Assembly (NCBI GenBank): GCA_002712715.1
Contig: PAUF01000007.1
Coordinates: forward strand, 450,134-514,133
DNA: 64,000 nt
Reading direction: 5' to 3'
Origin: Flavobacteriales bacterium
GTDB lineage: Bacteria > Bacteroidota > Bacteroidia > Flavobacteriales > BACL11
The notes below the pieces were generated by a model that saw nothing but the letters and a program-made list of their open reading frames with translations, ran no database searches and was not told where the DNA came from. This document shows positions 48,486 to 56,730 of this stretch, piece after piece. Every line of letters starts with the position of its first letter. Positions within the stretch are counted from its first letter, which is position 1. A program made the position numbers and the translations under genes.

Positions 48486-49264
48486 TGAAAAAACACTCTT
48501 ATATTAAGATATTCCTCTATATAATATTATTCTTATCTTGCAATGAAGCAAATACTCATAAAAATATCAAAACAAATTTGCATCAACATAACATAAATAC
48601 ATCAAAAACTGAAATGATCAATCTGATTAATTTATTAACTGGGAAATTTGAACCATCAGATCATAAAAACTTTACTTTAGTAGATCCAAAATATCATACA
48701 AAAAGTAAGATGTTTCTTCAAAAAGAAACCCTTGATGCATTTATAAATATGCGTAATGCAGCCCAGAAAGAAGGAATAAACCTACGTATAGTTTCAGGTA
48801 CTCGAAATTTTACAGATCAACAAAAAATTTGGGACAAAAAATATAAAAGGTTTAGTAAGTCAATTAGTCAACCAAAGGATATAATTAATAAAATAATGAT
48901 TTGGAGCTCAATGCCAGGAACATCAAGGCATCATTGGGGAACGGATATAGATATAAATGGATTTGATGAATACTTCAATGGGGAAAATCAACAAGCAATT
49001 AAAGACTATAATTGGCTGAATAAAAACGCTGATAAGTTTGGATTTTGTCAAGTATATTCTGAAAAAGATGGGATTAATAGAAGATTTGGTTATAACGAAG
49101 AGAAATGGCATTGGTCCTATATGCCTATTGCTTCAAAATATCTAAAAGACTATAAAAAGTATATTAATTATAATCATTTAACAAAATTCTTAGGATCTGA
49201 ACACGCAAAAGAAATGGACATCTTTAATCAATATGTTTTTTCGATTTCGAAAAAATGCCAATAA
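48485..49264 (+). CDS. M15-family zinc peptidase (VanY / D-Ala-D-Ala carboxypeptidase-like)
   Basis: Lipoprotein-like signal (LFLSC). Motifs VSGTRNFTDQQ, TSRHHWGTDIDI and EKWHWSY correspond to the SxxR...Q / H..G.A.D / WH pattern of M15B/C peptidases. Its ATG overlaps the receptor stop (TAATG). Confidence 0.7.
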   Translation: MKKHSYIKIFLYIILFLSCNEANTHKNIKTNLHQHNINTSKTEMINLINLLTGKFEPSDHKNFTLVDPKYHTKSKMFLQKETLDAFINMRNAAQKEGINLRIVSGTRNFTDQQKIWDKKYKRFSKSISQPKDIINKIMIWSSMPGTSRHHWGTDIDINGFDEYFNGENQQAIKDYNWLNKNADKFGFCQVYSEKDGINRRFGYNEEKWHWSYMPIASKYLKDYKKYINYNHLTKFLGSEHAKEMDIFNQYVFSISKKCQ

Positions 49265-49272
49265 AATAATTT

Positions 49273-51168
49273 TTAATCTATCAATAATTTCTTATGGAAA
49301 ATATTCTTACTATTAGAAATTTCTAACAGATAATGACCAGTTGGCATTTCACTCATATTGATTTTTTCTGACGTTGTACCTGTAACATCAATATGATCAT
49401 TATACACACTCTCTCCTAGCATATTAAAAATATTTAATCTATATTCTCCTGGAGAAGCATTAATAAAATCAATATTGAAAACAGAGCGTGTGGGATTTGG
49501 AAAAACATAAATATTACTTTCATTTTCTTCTTGCGTTAATGATGATACTGTTGCAAAATTCATCCTAATCATAGGTACTCTCGAAAGCCAATACCAATTT
49601 CCAAATGTTTGTCCACTATTTAAACATCCATTTTTTTGAATCCAACTAGTTGTTGGATAAGTATATTGAGACATGGCGATTACAGAAGTATCCACTGGAT
49701 TTGCATAACCACCAATAGCTGCCATATATGTTCCAGGAATTAGAGTTTCATTATCACTAAAAGAAATTGTCACCCAATCTCCAATATCATCAGAAGTTAA
49801 AGAATAATCATCAGATTGAAACAAGTAAATTCTATCATTGTTAGTAGGATCTATCTCATAAATAACCGCATATATATCCGCTCCAGCTACAGAATTATCT
49901 TTCATAAAAACAGACAAAGAAGATATTTCATCAGTATCATATATATCAAAATATGAACCTACAACCATACCTCCACATGACCTTCCTAATCCATACTCAG
50001 AATAATCAGTACCATCATCTCTAGCGTAAATATTCTCTGTAACAATAGAACTACTCAAAATAGTATCTGAAATTGTATCATTAGAATTAGCCCAAGTTTG
50101 AAAATAATATTGACCTATATTGTTAGGTAAAAAGGTAGTATTTCCAATAAATGTCATGGTATCCTGAGGTAATAAAATACTATCTGCACTTAATGTATTA
50201 AACACTAATGAACCAACTCCATCATACACCTCAACATTTATATGAGTATTTTGATTATTTGCACCAGTATTTGTAACCATAGCTTCAAATGTATAAGGAT
50301 TTGCTGATACTTGTTTTAACGGATTATAAGTGTATTCCATGCCTAATCCACCAGCAGCTTGATATCCAATCCACCATCCTCCAGATTCTGCATCTACTAA
50401 TGACAACCTATTATCTGGGGTCTCAACAATTTTCATATCATCAATCATCCAAAAATAAACTCTGGCTGTCCAACCTATTCTTACATAAACTGTAGATTGA
50501 TTTCCTGCTATAGAAGAGATATTTAGACTTAAGTATTCAGGATCAGCAGAAGCTTGATTATTAGTTGCATTACCTTGAACATTATATGAATTCCAAGTAA
50601 CACTATCAGAACTAATTGCAACTTCTAAGTTTATACTATTATTTAATCTAAAACTATGTTCAAATTCCAAACTCACATTGTTCCATCCAGTTAAATCAAT
50701 AGCAGATGTAGTAAAGTATGATTCTAAATAATGATAAGATGACCCAGAACTGCTGCCGGGATTACCATTCCAATGATTAGCAGAATCGATATCAGAAATA
50801 AGAAAACCATTTGAGGCGGTTGTAGAACTAATTGGAGCAGCTGGACCAGTAGGGTTACCAGCACTGTTAGTTCCTACAGAATTCCAATACCCCCAGCTAC
50901 CTTGAAAAGAATGTTTCCATGGACACTCCGCTGTATTACCTGCAGAAGTAGCACCATTATTACCAGCTCCAGTATTTAAAGAATAAGTGGACCATCCTGC
51001 AGGAAAACCCCCATCAAAATCTTCAGACCAAATAACAACAGCAGATTTATCATTAAAATTATTGTTCTTAACTATTTTTGATTCATTATGACTGTCAATA
51101 ACCTCATGCTGCGAAAAAGCAAATACACTTAAAATCATTAAACAAGTAAATAGTAATTTATTTTTCAT
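49273..51168 (-). CDS. secreted T9SS-cargo protein, family B (type I copy B1), unknown function
   Basis: Signal peptide. N-terminal W.EDF.GG.P.GW / ASNGF.I.D.D MAM-like (choice-of-anchor-J-like) domain, then WMIDD..I.ETP, GGWWIGYQ, GRSCGGMV, YEIDP, GGYANPVDT, MIRMNF, and a PNP-containing T9SS CTD. Confidence 0.75.
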   Translation of the reverse strand: MKNKLLFTCLMILSVFAFSQHEVIDSHNESKIVKNNNFNDKSAVVIWSEDFDGGFPAGWSTYSLNTGAGNNGATSAGNTAECPWKHSFQGSWGYWNSVGTNSAGNPTGPAAPISSTTASNGFLISDIDSANHWNGNPGSSSGSSYHYLESYFTTSAIDLTGWNNVSLEFEHSFRLNNSINLEVAISSDSVTWNSYNVQGNATNNQASADPEYLSLNISSIAGNQSTVYVRIGWTARVYFWMIDDMKIVETPDNRLSLVDAESGGWWIGYQAAGGLGMEYTYNPLKQVSANPYTFEAMVTNTGANNQNTHINVEVYDGVGSLVFNTLSADSILLPQDTMTFIGNTTFLPNNIGQYYFQTWANSNDTISDTILSSSIVTENIYARDDGTDYSEYGLGRSCGGMVVGSYFDIYDTDEISSLSVFMKDNSVAGADIYAVIYEIDPTNNDRIYLFQSDDYSLTSDDIGDWVTISFSDNETLIPGTYMAAIGGYANPVDTSVIAMSQYTYPTTSWIQKNGCLNSGQTFGNWYWLSRVPMIRMNFATVSSLTQEENESNIYVFPNPTRSVFNIDFINASPGEYRLNIFNMLGESVYNDHIDVTGTTSEKINMSEMPTGHYLLEISNSKNIFHKKLLID

Positions 51169-51222
51169 ATTACATTCAATTTAATTAATTTCTAATAATA
51201 TGTTACTAGAAATTATCAATTA

Positions 51223-53172
51223 TTATTCGATTACAAATTTTCTTTCTATTGCCTCTAAATCACTCATCAATTTTAGCGTATATACTCCTTTATCTAAGTT
51301 TGAAAGATCTATTCTTTCAGAAAAAGACTCAGTATATCCAGAAAACACTTTCTGTCCCAAAATATTTAGCACTGATATTTCAAAACCACTAAATAAAGGA
51401 CTATTAAACTCTATATTAAAAATACCATTATTAGGATTAGGAATAATATTAATTTGTTGTTTTGCATATGTATCATTTACAGAAGAAACTATTTCATATC
51501 CTAAATTTAATCTAATCATTAGTGGTTTTGAAGCAGAATACCAATATCCAAATCCTCCACTACCGATATCACATCCGTTGTCCTGAATAAAACTTAACGT
51601 ATTATCATTATTAGAAGAACTAATTAATGAGGTGTCAATTGGATTTGCGTATCCTTTAACTGCAGCGATATATGTTGTTCCCGCGTACAAATTAACTGGC
51701 TCATCTAGTTTTACAGTTACCCAAGAATCAATATCATTAACAGTTATGGTATAATCATCAGAAGTCTCTAAATACACTGGAGAATATGGTGTAACCATGG
51801 GATCAATTTCATATAGTTCCACTAAAAGTTGTGCTCCAGGTACAGATTGATCATTAACATGGAATGAAATTGATGTAGCGGTGTCATCCACATATACATC
51901 AAATGCATTACCCAATACCTGACCACCACATGACCTACCAAGGAAATATCCATTACCCGCATTTTCACCATCAGAATTCCAATCAAAATCAACACCATAT
52001 ACAGTATCTGTAACTACAGCGCCTCTTCCAATTGTATCTGTAGTAGGAAAAGAATCGGATGATGCCCAATAACTAATTTGATGATATCCCATTGTAGTTG
52101 GACTGAATGTAGAAGAAACAACAAATGTATCATTTGTATTAGTATATAAAGTCATAGGGTTTGAATTACCAGACCAAATTGAAGAACCAGCGTTTTCAAT
52201 ATTTACATTCATAGTACTGTTTGGTTGATCAGCCGCTCCGTCATTTCTTACAACAGCCTCAAATCTATAAGGATTCGCATTTGCCTGATTCTTAGGATTA
52301 AAGGTATAATCAATTCCAACATCGCCTGTTGCTTGGTAACCAATCCACCATCCTCCATATGTTTCATCACCAATAGTAAGAAAATGGGCTGGAGTCTCAA
52401 TTAAACGAATATCGTCAATTTGCCAAAAGTAATAACCATTATATGTACTATATAAAACAGTTCCATCATAAATAAACTGAATTTGAACATTAGAGTTTCC
52501 CGCTATATTTGAAGGCATTCTTAACATCACTTCAAAATCATTCGTTGTAACTTCATTAACTTCAATGTCTGGGTGAACTTCAATAGTATCAGTAAATGTA
52601 ATACCTCCATCCAAACTAAAAGCAACTTTTGCAATTCCTGTATATTCTCTATAAAAACTATTAAAAACTATGGAAACATCTGGATACATAGAACAATCTA
52701 TTACATCTGTGGTTAATGTACCAACATGCCCAGTAGGATTTCCTCCTAATATGTCATTACATGGATATGGACCTGCACCGAAATTACCTGCAGTACCTCC
52801 ATTATCATAATAATCAGAATCAAAAATAACAAAACCATTAGAAGCGGTATTGGAAGCTATTGCACCATTAGTTCCCGCATAAGCACCTTGTGATCCTGTA
52901 TTTACTCCAGGATTTGTTCCAGGTCCCCTGTAAACCCATGGAGCAGAAATTACTGGAGGTGTAGGATTTGATCCATTTGTCCATGTTGATGGAATGCCAC
53001 CAGAAAAATCTTCTGACCAAAATGGTGTTGCTTTTCCTATTTCATAATTAATGAAATCCGGTGATTTGTGAATTCTAGAACTTGTCTCAGAAGGACTAGG
53101 GAAATTAACCTGAGAATAAGAAAAAGAAATACAAATAAATAATGATAAAAAGAAGATATAATTTTTTTTCAT
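51223..53172 (-). CDS. secreted T9SS-cargo protein, family B (type II copy B2), unknown function
   Basis: Same architecture as B1. I prefer the start at the ATG 53172 (MKKNYIFFLSLF signal peptide) because a -7 box lies inside the track's longer ORF. Confidence 0.75.
   Translation of the reverse strand: MKKNYIFFLSLFICISFSYSQVNFPSPSETSSRIHKSPDFINYEIGKATPFWSEDFSGGIPSTWTNGSNPTPPVISAPWVYRGPGTNPGVNTGSQGAYAGTNGAIASNTASNGFVIFDSDYYDNGGTAGNFGAGPYPCNDILGGNPTGHVGTLTTDVIDCSMYPDVSIVFNSFYREYTGIAKVAFSLDGGITFTDTIEVHPDIEVNEVTTNDFEVMLRMPSNIAGNSNVQIQFIYDGTVLYSTYNGYYFWQIDDIRLIETPAHFLTIGDETYGGWWIGYQATGDVGIDYTFNPKNQANANPYRFEAVVRNDGAADQPNSTMNVNIENAGSSIWSGNSNPMTLYTNTNDTFVVSSTFSPTTMGYHQISYWASSDSFPTTDTIGRGAVVTDTVYGVDFDWNSDGENAGNGYFLGRSCGGQVLGNAFDVYVDDTATSISFHVNDQSVPGAQLLVELYEIDPMVTPYSPVYLETSDDYTITVNDIDSWVTVKLDEPVNLYAGTTYIAAVKGYANPIDTSLISSSNNDNTLSFIQDNGCDIGSGGFGYWYSASKPLMIRLNLGYEIVSSVNDTYAKQQINIIPNPNNGIFNIEFNSPLFSGFEISVLNILGQKVFSGYTESFSERIDLSNLDKGVYTLKLMSDLEAIERKFVIE
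51502..52092 (-). repeat. 197-codon block highly similar to 57031..57621 (B2/B4 shared C-terminal domain)
   Basis: Manual alignment from MGYHQIS(Y/F)WASSDSFPTTDTIGRG to LMIR(L/M)N(L/I). I count about 39 differences in 197 positions, with long identical nucleotide runs. Confidence 0.8.
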
Positions 53173-53200
53173 AATAGTTTTTTTTAAAATGTTTGAAAAA

Positions 53201-53208
53201 CAAATATA
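53201..53208 (-). promoter_or_regulatory. -7 box TATATTTG, 28 nt upstream of the B2 ATG
   Basis: Exact TAnnTTTG match on the minus strand. Confidence 0.45.
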
Positions 53209-53217
53209 CAAAAAAAA

Positions 53218-54756
53218 TTATTCTAGAATTAAGATCTTTTCTACTGTACCATCGGAATATATATTTATAAAAAATTGTTTGGAATAATCACCAATATTCC
53301 TGCCGAGTATATCGATACTTTTCAATAACTTTCTCTCAGATTTCATGTTATATATATGAATCGTATAATCACAAATATTAGAAACTGGATTAATCTCCAA
53401 AGGTTCACCAGGAATCATAGTTCGATCAGTAAAAGCTGGGTGGTCTAGTTGATATTTATTACATCTAAATGTGGAGTTTAACAATCCATTCTGATTAGAT
53501 GGAATTAAATCTCCTTGAGACAAGATGGTATTTGGAAGTACAGGATTTATGTATTCCCAGACAATTTGTTCATTAGTGTCAATTTCAAAAAATCTTCCTT
53601 TTGCTCCACTACATATCAGTGTATTTCCATTAGATATCCTTTGAGATCCAGAGATATATGATGAAAAAAAGTTAGGTGGGATTGAATCTACATAAGTCCA
53701 AGTTAAGTTATTTGGAAGAAAAATTCCATTTGAAGACAACACATACCTAGATGAAGAATCTTTTTCTGGCAAAATAATATCAATTGAACTATAACCTCGT
53801 CCTTGTCCGTTATTAAATACCATAATTTTACCAATATCGTCATTATTTGAAGTTATCCAATGAGCATCATGCTGACCAAAAAATTTTCTATCAGACGCTG
53901 TTCCACCTCTATATACCTGTGGATTTCCCCATCTAAAAACAATATCACCTCCTTGATTATGAAAACCTCCAGCATGACCAGAAGCCTGCATAGTACTAGT
54001 ACTATGATCTATAATATATATTTCGGACATAGCTCTAGAGCTAATAATTATTTCATCTGAAATTTCATTGTAATTAATTGAATTACAATGCATCCAATCT
54101 TGTTTCCCTAAACCGTTATAATAATTTATGTCTACTAGTTCGGGATGATTTTCAACAATTCCATAATTGTTTTTTGTAGAATCAAAATCTTGAATCAAAT
54201 GATCTTTCAAATGCCATTCCCATACAATATTAATTTCATCAACACCAATTGGTTCCACTTCTAAAATATAGGTTGTCCATAATTGATCATCAACTAATGC
54301 ATTTGGATCTCTTCCAGAGTTAATCGCTTCATATTCTGACATATATTCCCAGCAAAGTATAAGTATATTACCATTATTCATTGGAGCAATATCATGATGT
54401 TGATGATAAATACTATCAGAAAAATTATAAGACCATAATAAAGAATTATCCCAAGAATATTTTTCTACTCTACCACCACTTCCTCCACCAGTAAAAATAG
54501 TAGACTGCATCCTACATGTTCTTAACAAAGAACCATCTTCTAACAAATACACTGAACTTCCTGGTTTGTAGTTACTATTCCATTCATGGATTTTTCTTCC
54601 ACAATTATCAATTAAATATGTATTATTATTTGGGGAAAACAGAATATATCCATCACTGACCATAGAATCCTTATGAAACAATCCCACTGTTTGAATTTGA
54701 GAGATCAGAGTTATTGGAAGAAATAAAAGTATTAATATTTGACTAATATATTTCAC
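53218..54756 (-). CDS. arylsulfotransferase (ASST)-like beta-propeller protein with a T9SS-like C-terminus
   Basis: GYILFSP...TYLIDNCGRKIHEW, LLEDGSLLRT, HHDIAPMNNGNILIL, WEWHLKDHLIQDFD, DWMHCNSINYN and IIDHSTST...GGDIVFRWGNPQVY match my recollection of the ASST family pattern. GTG start. Confidence 0.55.
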   Translation of the reverse strand: MKYISQILILLFLPITLISQIQTVGLFHKDSMVSDGYILFSPNNNTYLIDNCGRKIHEWNSNYKPGSSVYLLEDGSLLRTCRMQSTIFTGGGSGGRVEKYSWDNSLLWSYNFSDSIYHQHHDIAPMNNGNILILCWEYMSEYEAINSGRDPNALVDDQLWTTYILEVEPIGVDEINIVWEWHLKDHLIQDFDSTKNNYGIVENHPELVDINYYNGLGKQDWMHCNSINYNEISDEIIISSRAMSEIYIIDHSTSTMQASGHAGGFHNQGGDIVFRWGNPQVYRGGTASDRKFFGQHDAHWITSNNDDIGKIMVFNNGQGRGYSSIDIILPEKDSSSRYVLSSNGIFLPNNLTWTYVDSIPPNFFSSYISGSQRISNGNTLICSGAKGRFFEIDTNEQIVWEYINPVLPNTILSQGDLIPSNQNGLLNSTFRCNKYQLDHPAFTDRTMIPGEPLEINPVSNICDYTIHIYNMKSERKLLKSIDILGRNIGDYSKQFFINIYSDGTVEKILILE

Positions 54757-54763
54757 GCCGATT

Positions 54764-54787
54764 AAAAAAGCCCTAGTTAGTCAGGCT
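54764..54787 (-). terminator. weak candidate terminator after B3
   Basis: The minus-strand RNA AGCCU-(loop)-GGGCU forms a 5-bp stem that includes one G-U pair, followed by UUUUUU. Confidence 0.3.
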
Positions 54788-54809
54788 AATCTTTATAATT
54801 TTTTGAAAT

Positions 54810-56639
54810 TTATTCAACAACTATTTTTTCTAACATTTTATTATGTAATCCTTCTAACTCCAATATATATATTCCCGATTGTAAAAAAGTAAGATCTAAA
54901 TTAACTTTTTCGTTAGGAATATTGAAAAAATTAGAATAAACAACTTCACCCAACATGTTAACAACAGTTACTTGACACTGATCTTTTATGACTTTATTAA
55001 AGTCTAAAATAACATTTCCATTACTTGGATTTGGAGAAACGCTAAATTTATAATCAATCATATGTTCAATAGACAAGGCGGATGGATCAAAATTCATTCT
55101 AATCATTGGAATATCAGAAATATTATACCAATATCCGAATCCATTAGAACCTATATCACATCCATTATCTTGAATATAAGTCCCAGCTTGTGAGAGACCC
55201 GAAACACTAATCTGAAATGTATCAATAGGATTAGCATATCCAGCTACAGCAGCTACATAAGGTGTTCCATTAATTAATGGCTCTCCTCCATCAAATGGTA
55301 TTGTTACCCAAGCACCCAAATCAGCCGCAGTTATTGTATAATCATCAGTTTGAGTTAAATATATAGGATCTCCATTAGGATCGTCCTCATATAAAATAGC
55401 ATACATATTAGTTCCTACTACAGACTGATCATTTATATGCACATCAATTCCATAAAGTGTTTCATTAGCATACAAATCATATTTAACACCTAAAACCATT
55501 CCACCACACGATCTTCCAACTCTCCAATATCCAGAAGGATTATTTTCATCTCTTCCATAAATATAATCCGTAACTGTTGTTTGTAAATTAACAACACTAG
55601 TCATAGCAGAGTCTCCTATTCCCCACATTGATATATCATATGTCCCAATTATAGAAGGGGCATAAGTGCTCTGAGCAACAAAAGTATCTTGAGGAAATGA
55701 TAAGTCTAGTAAAGTTGAATTTGAGACATTAGAATGCACTAGAGACCCTGAATAATCATAAACCTCTATATTTAAATAAGTGTTCTGAGGAGCTAGACCA
55801 GCATTTCTTAAGACAGCTTCAAAAGAATATGGATTGCTTGACAACTGACTTAATGGTTTAAGGGTATAATCATATCCATCACCACCCGAGTTAAGATATC
55901 CAACCCACCAACCTCCTTGAACTTCTTCAGAAATTTCAAGTGCGTTATCAGGTATCTCGGAAATGGTTACATCATCCACAGTCCAATACCAAGCCCAAAT
56001 ATCATTATCATTATAATAAAACTGAATCATTACATTTGACTGACCTCCCGCAATAGAAGAAATATCATATGTTGAAACCTCAGGATTTCCTGAATTCTGG
56101 AGATTTGGATAGCCATTAGCGTCTGTAATAGTAAACTCGGTCCAGGTTAATCCACTATCTCCAGAAACTCTTACTGATCTAGTATCCTGCCACCATCTGT
56201 AATTATGTTCAAAAGACAATTGAACATATGGCCATGCACTTAAATCAATTGAAGAAGCACAAGTAGCTGTAGCTTCAACTGGAGTACCATCATTATCACC
56301 CCCACCAGTAGCATCAGAATTAATATATAAATACCCATTATTAAAAGATGAAAAATTGACTGGAGTTAAACCTGTACCAACTCCAACAGCAGAATTTAAA
56401 TTAGGATCTGTTTCGATACTCCAATCTAGTGGTGGTATAGATGAATTACTCATAATCCAATTAGATGAATTAGAAAAATCATCTTGCCATATAACTGTAG
56501 ATGCAATTGAATTATTAGATGAACTATGCGTAACCAAATCTTTATTATTTGAAAAATTAGCATTTATTGCATGTTTCTGTTTTGCAAAAACACACAAAAC
56601 AATCACACATGAAAGAATAGTTAGTAAAATTTTTTTCAT
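54810..56639 (-). CDS. secreted T9SS-cargo protein, family B (type I copy B3), unknown function
   Basis: Same architecture as B1: WQDDF...NW, FEHNYRWW, WTVDDVTISEIP, GGWWVGY, GRSCGGMV, YEDDP, AGYANPIDT, IQDNGCDIGSNGFGYWY, MIRMNF, PNPSNG CTD. Confidence 0.75.
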   Translation of the reverse strand: MKKILLTILSCVIVLCVFAKQKHAINANFSNNKDLVTHSSSNNSIASTVIWQDDFSNSSNWIMSNSSIPPLDWSIETDPNLNSAVGVGTGLTPVNFSSFNNGYLYINSDATGGGDNDGTPVEATATCASSIDLSAWPYVQLSFEHNYRWWQDTRSVRVSGDSGLTWTEFTITDANGYPNLQNSGNPEVSTYDISSIAGGQSNVMIQFYYNDNDIWAWYWTVDDVTISEIPDNALEISEEVQGGWWVGYLNSGGDGYDYTLKPLSQLSSNPYSFEAVLRNAGLAPQNTYLNIEVYDYSGSLVHSNVSNSTLLDLSFPQDTFVAQSTYAPSIIGTYDISMWGIGDSAMTSVVNLQTTVTDYIYGRDENNPSGYWRVGRSCGGMVLGVKYDLYANETLYGIDVHINDQSVVGTNMYAILYEDDPNGDPIYLTQTDDYTITAADLGAWVTIPFDGGEPLINGTPYVAAVAGYANPIDTFQISVSGLSQAGTYIQDNGCDIGSNGFGYWYNISDIPMIRMNFDPSALSIEHMIDYKFSVSPNPSNGNVILDFNKVIKDQCQVTVVNMLGEVVYSNFFNIPNEKVNLDLTFLQSGIYILELEGLHNKMLEKIVVE

Positions 56640-56678
56640 ATTTTATTTTTTGTTTGTAGCTAATTTACGCAAAATTTT

Positions 56679-56705
56679 AAAAAAAAAACCCGACTTACGC
56701 CGGGC
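56679..56705 (-). terminator. rho-independent terminator after B4
   Basis: The minus-strand RNA CCCGGC-GUAA-GUCGGG forms a 6-bp stem (one G-U) with a GNRA-type loop, followed by ten U (plus-strand A10 at 56679..56688). Confidence 0.8.
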
Positions 56706-56730
56706 TTTATTAATTAAGGAAGAAAAGAAA

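Noticed and set aside
51200-51586. 128-aa plus-strand ORF overlapping the 3' end of B2, and the analogous 129-aa ORF at 56356..56745 overlapping B3 and the B4 terminator.
   Set aside because: Both are antisense to family-B genes whose frames are supported by four-way paralog conservation. The second ORF would also run through a terminator hairpin and intergenic DNA.
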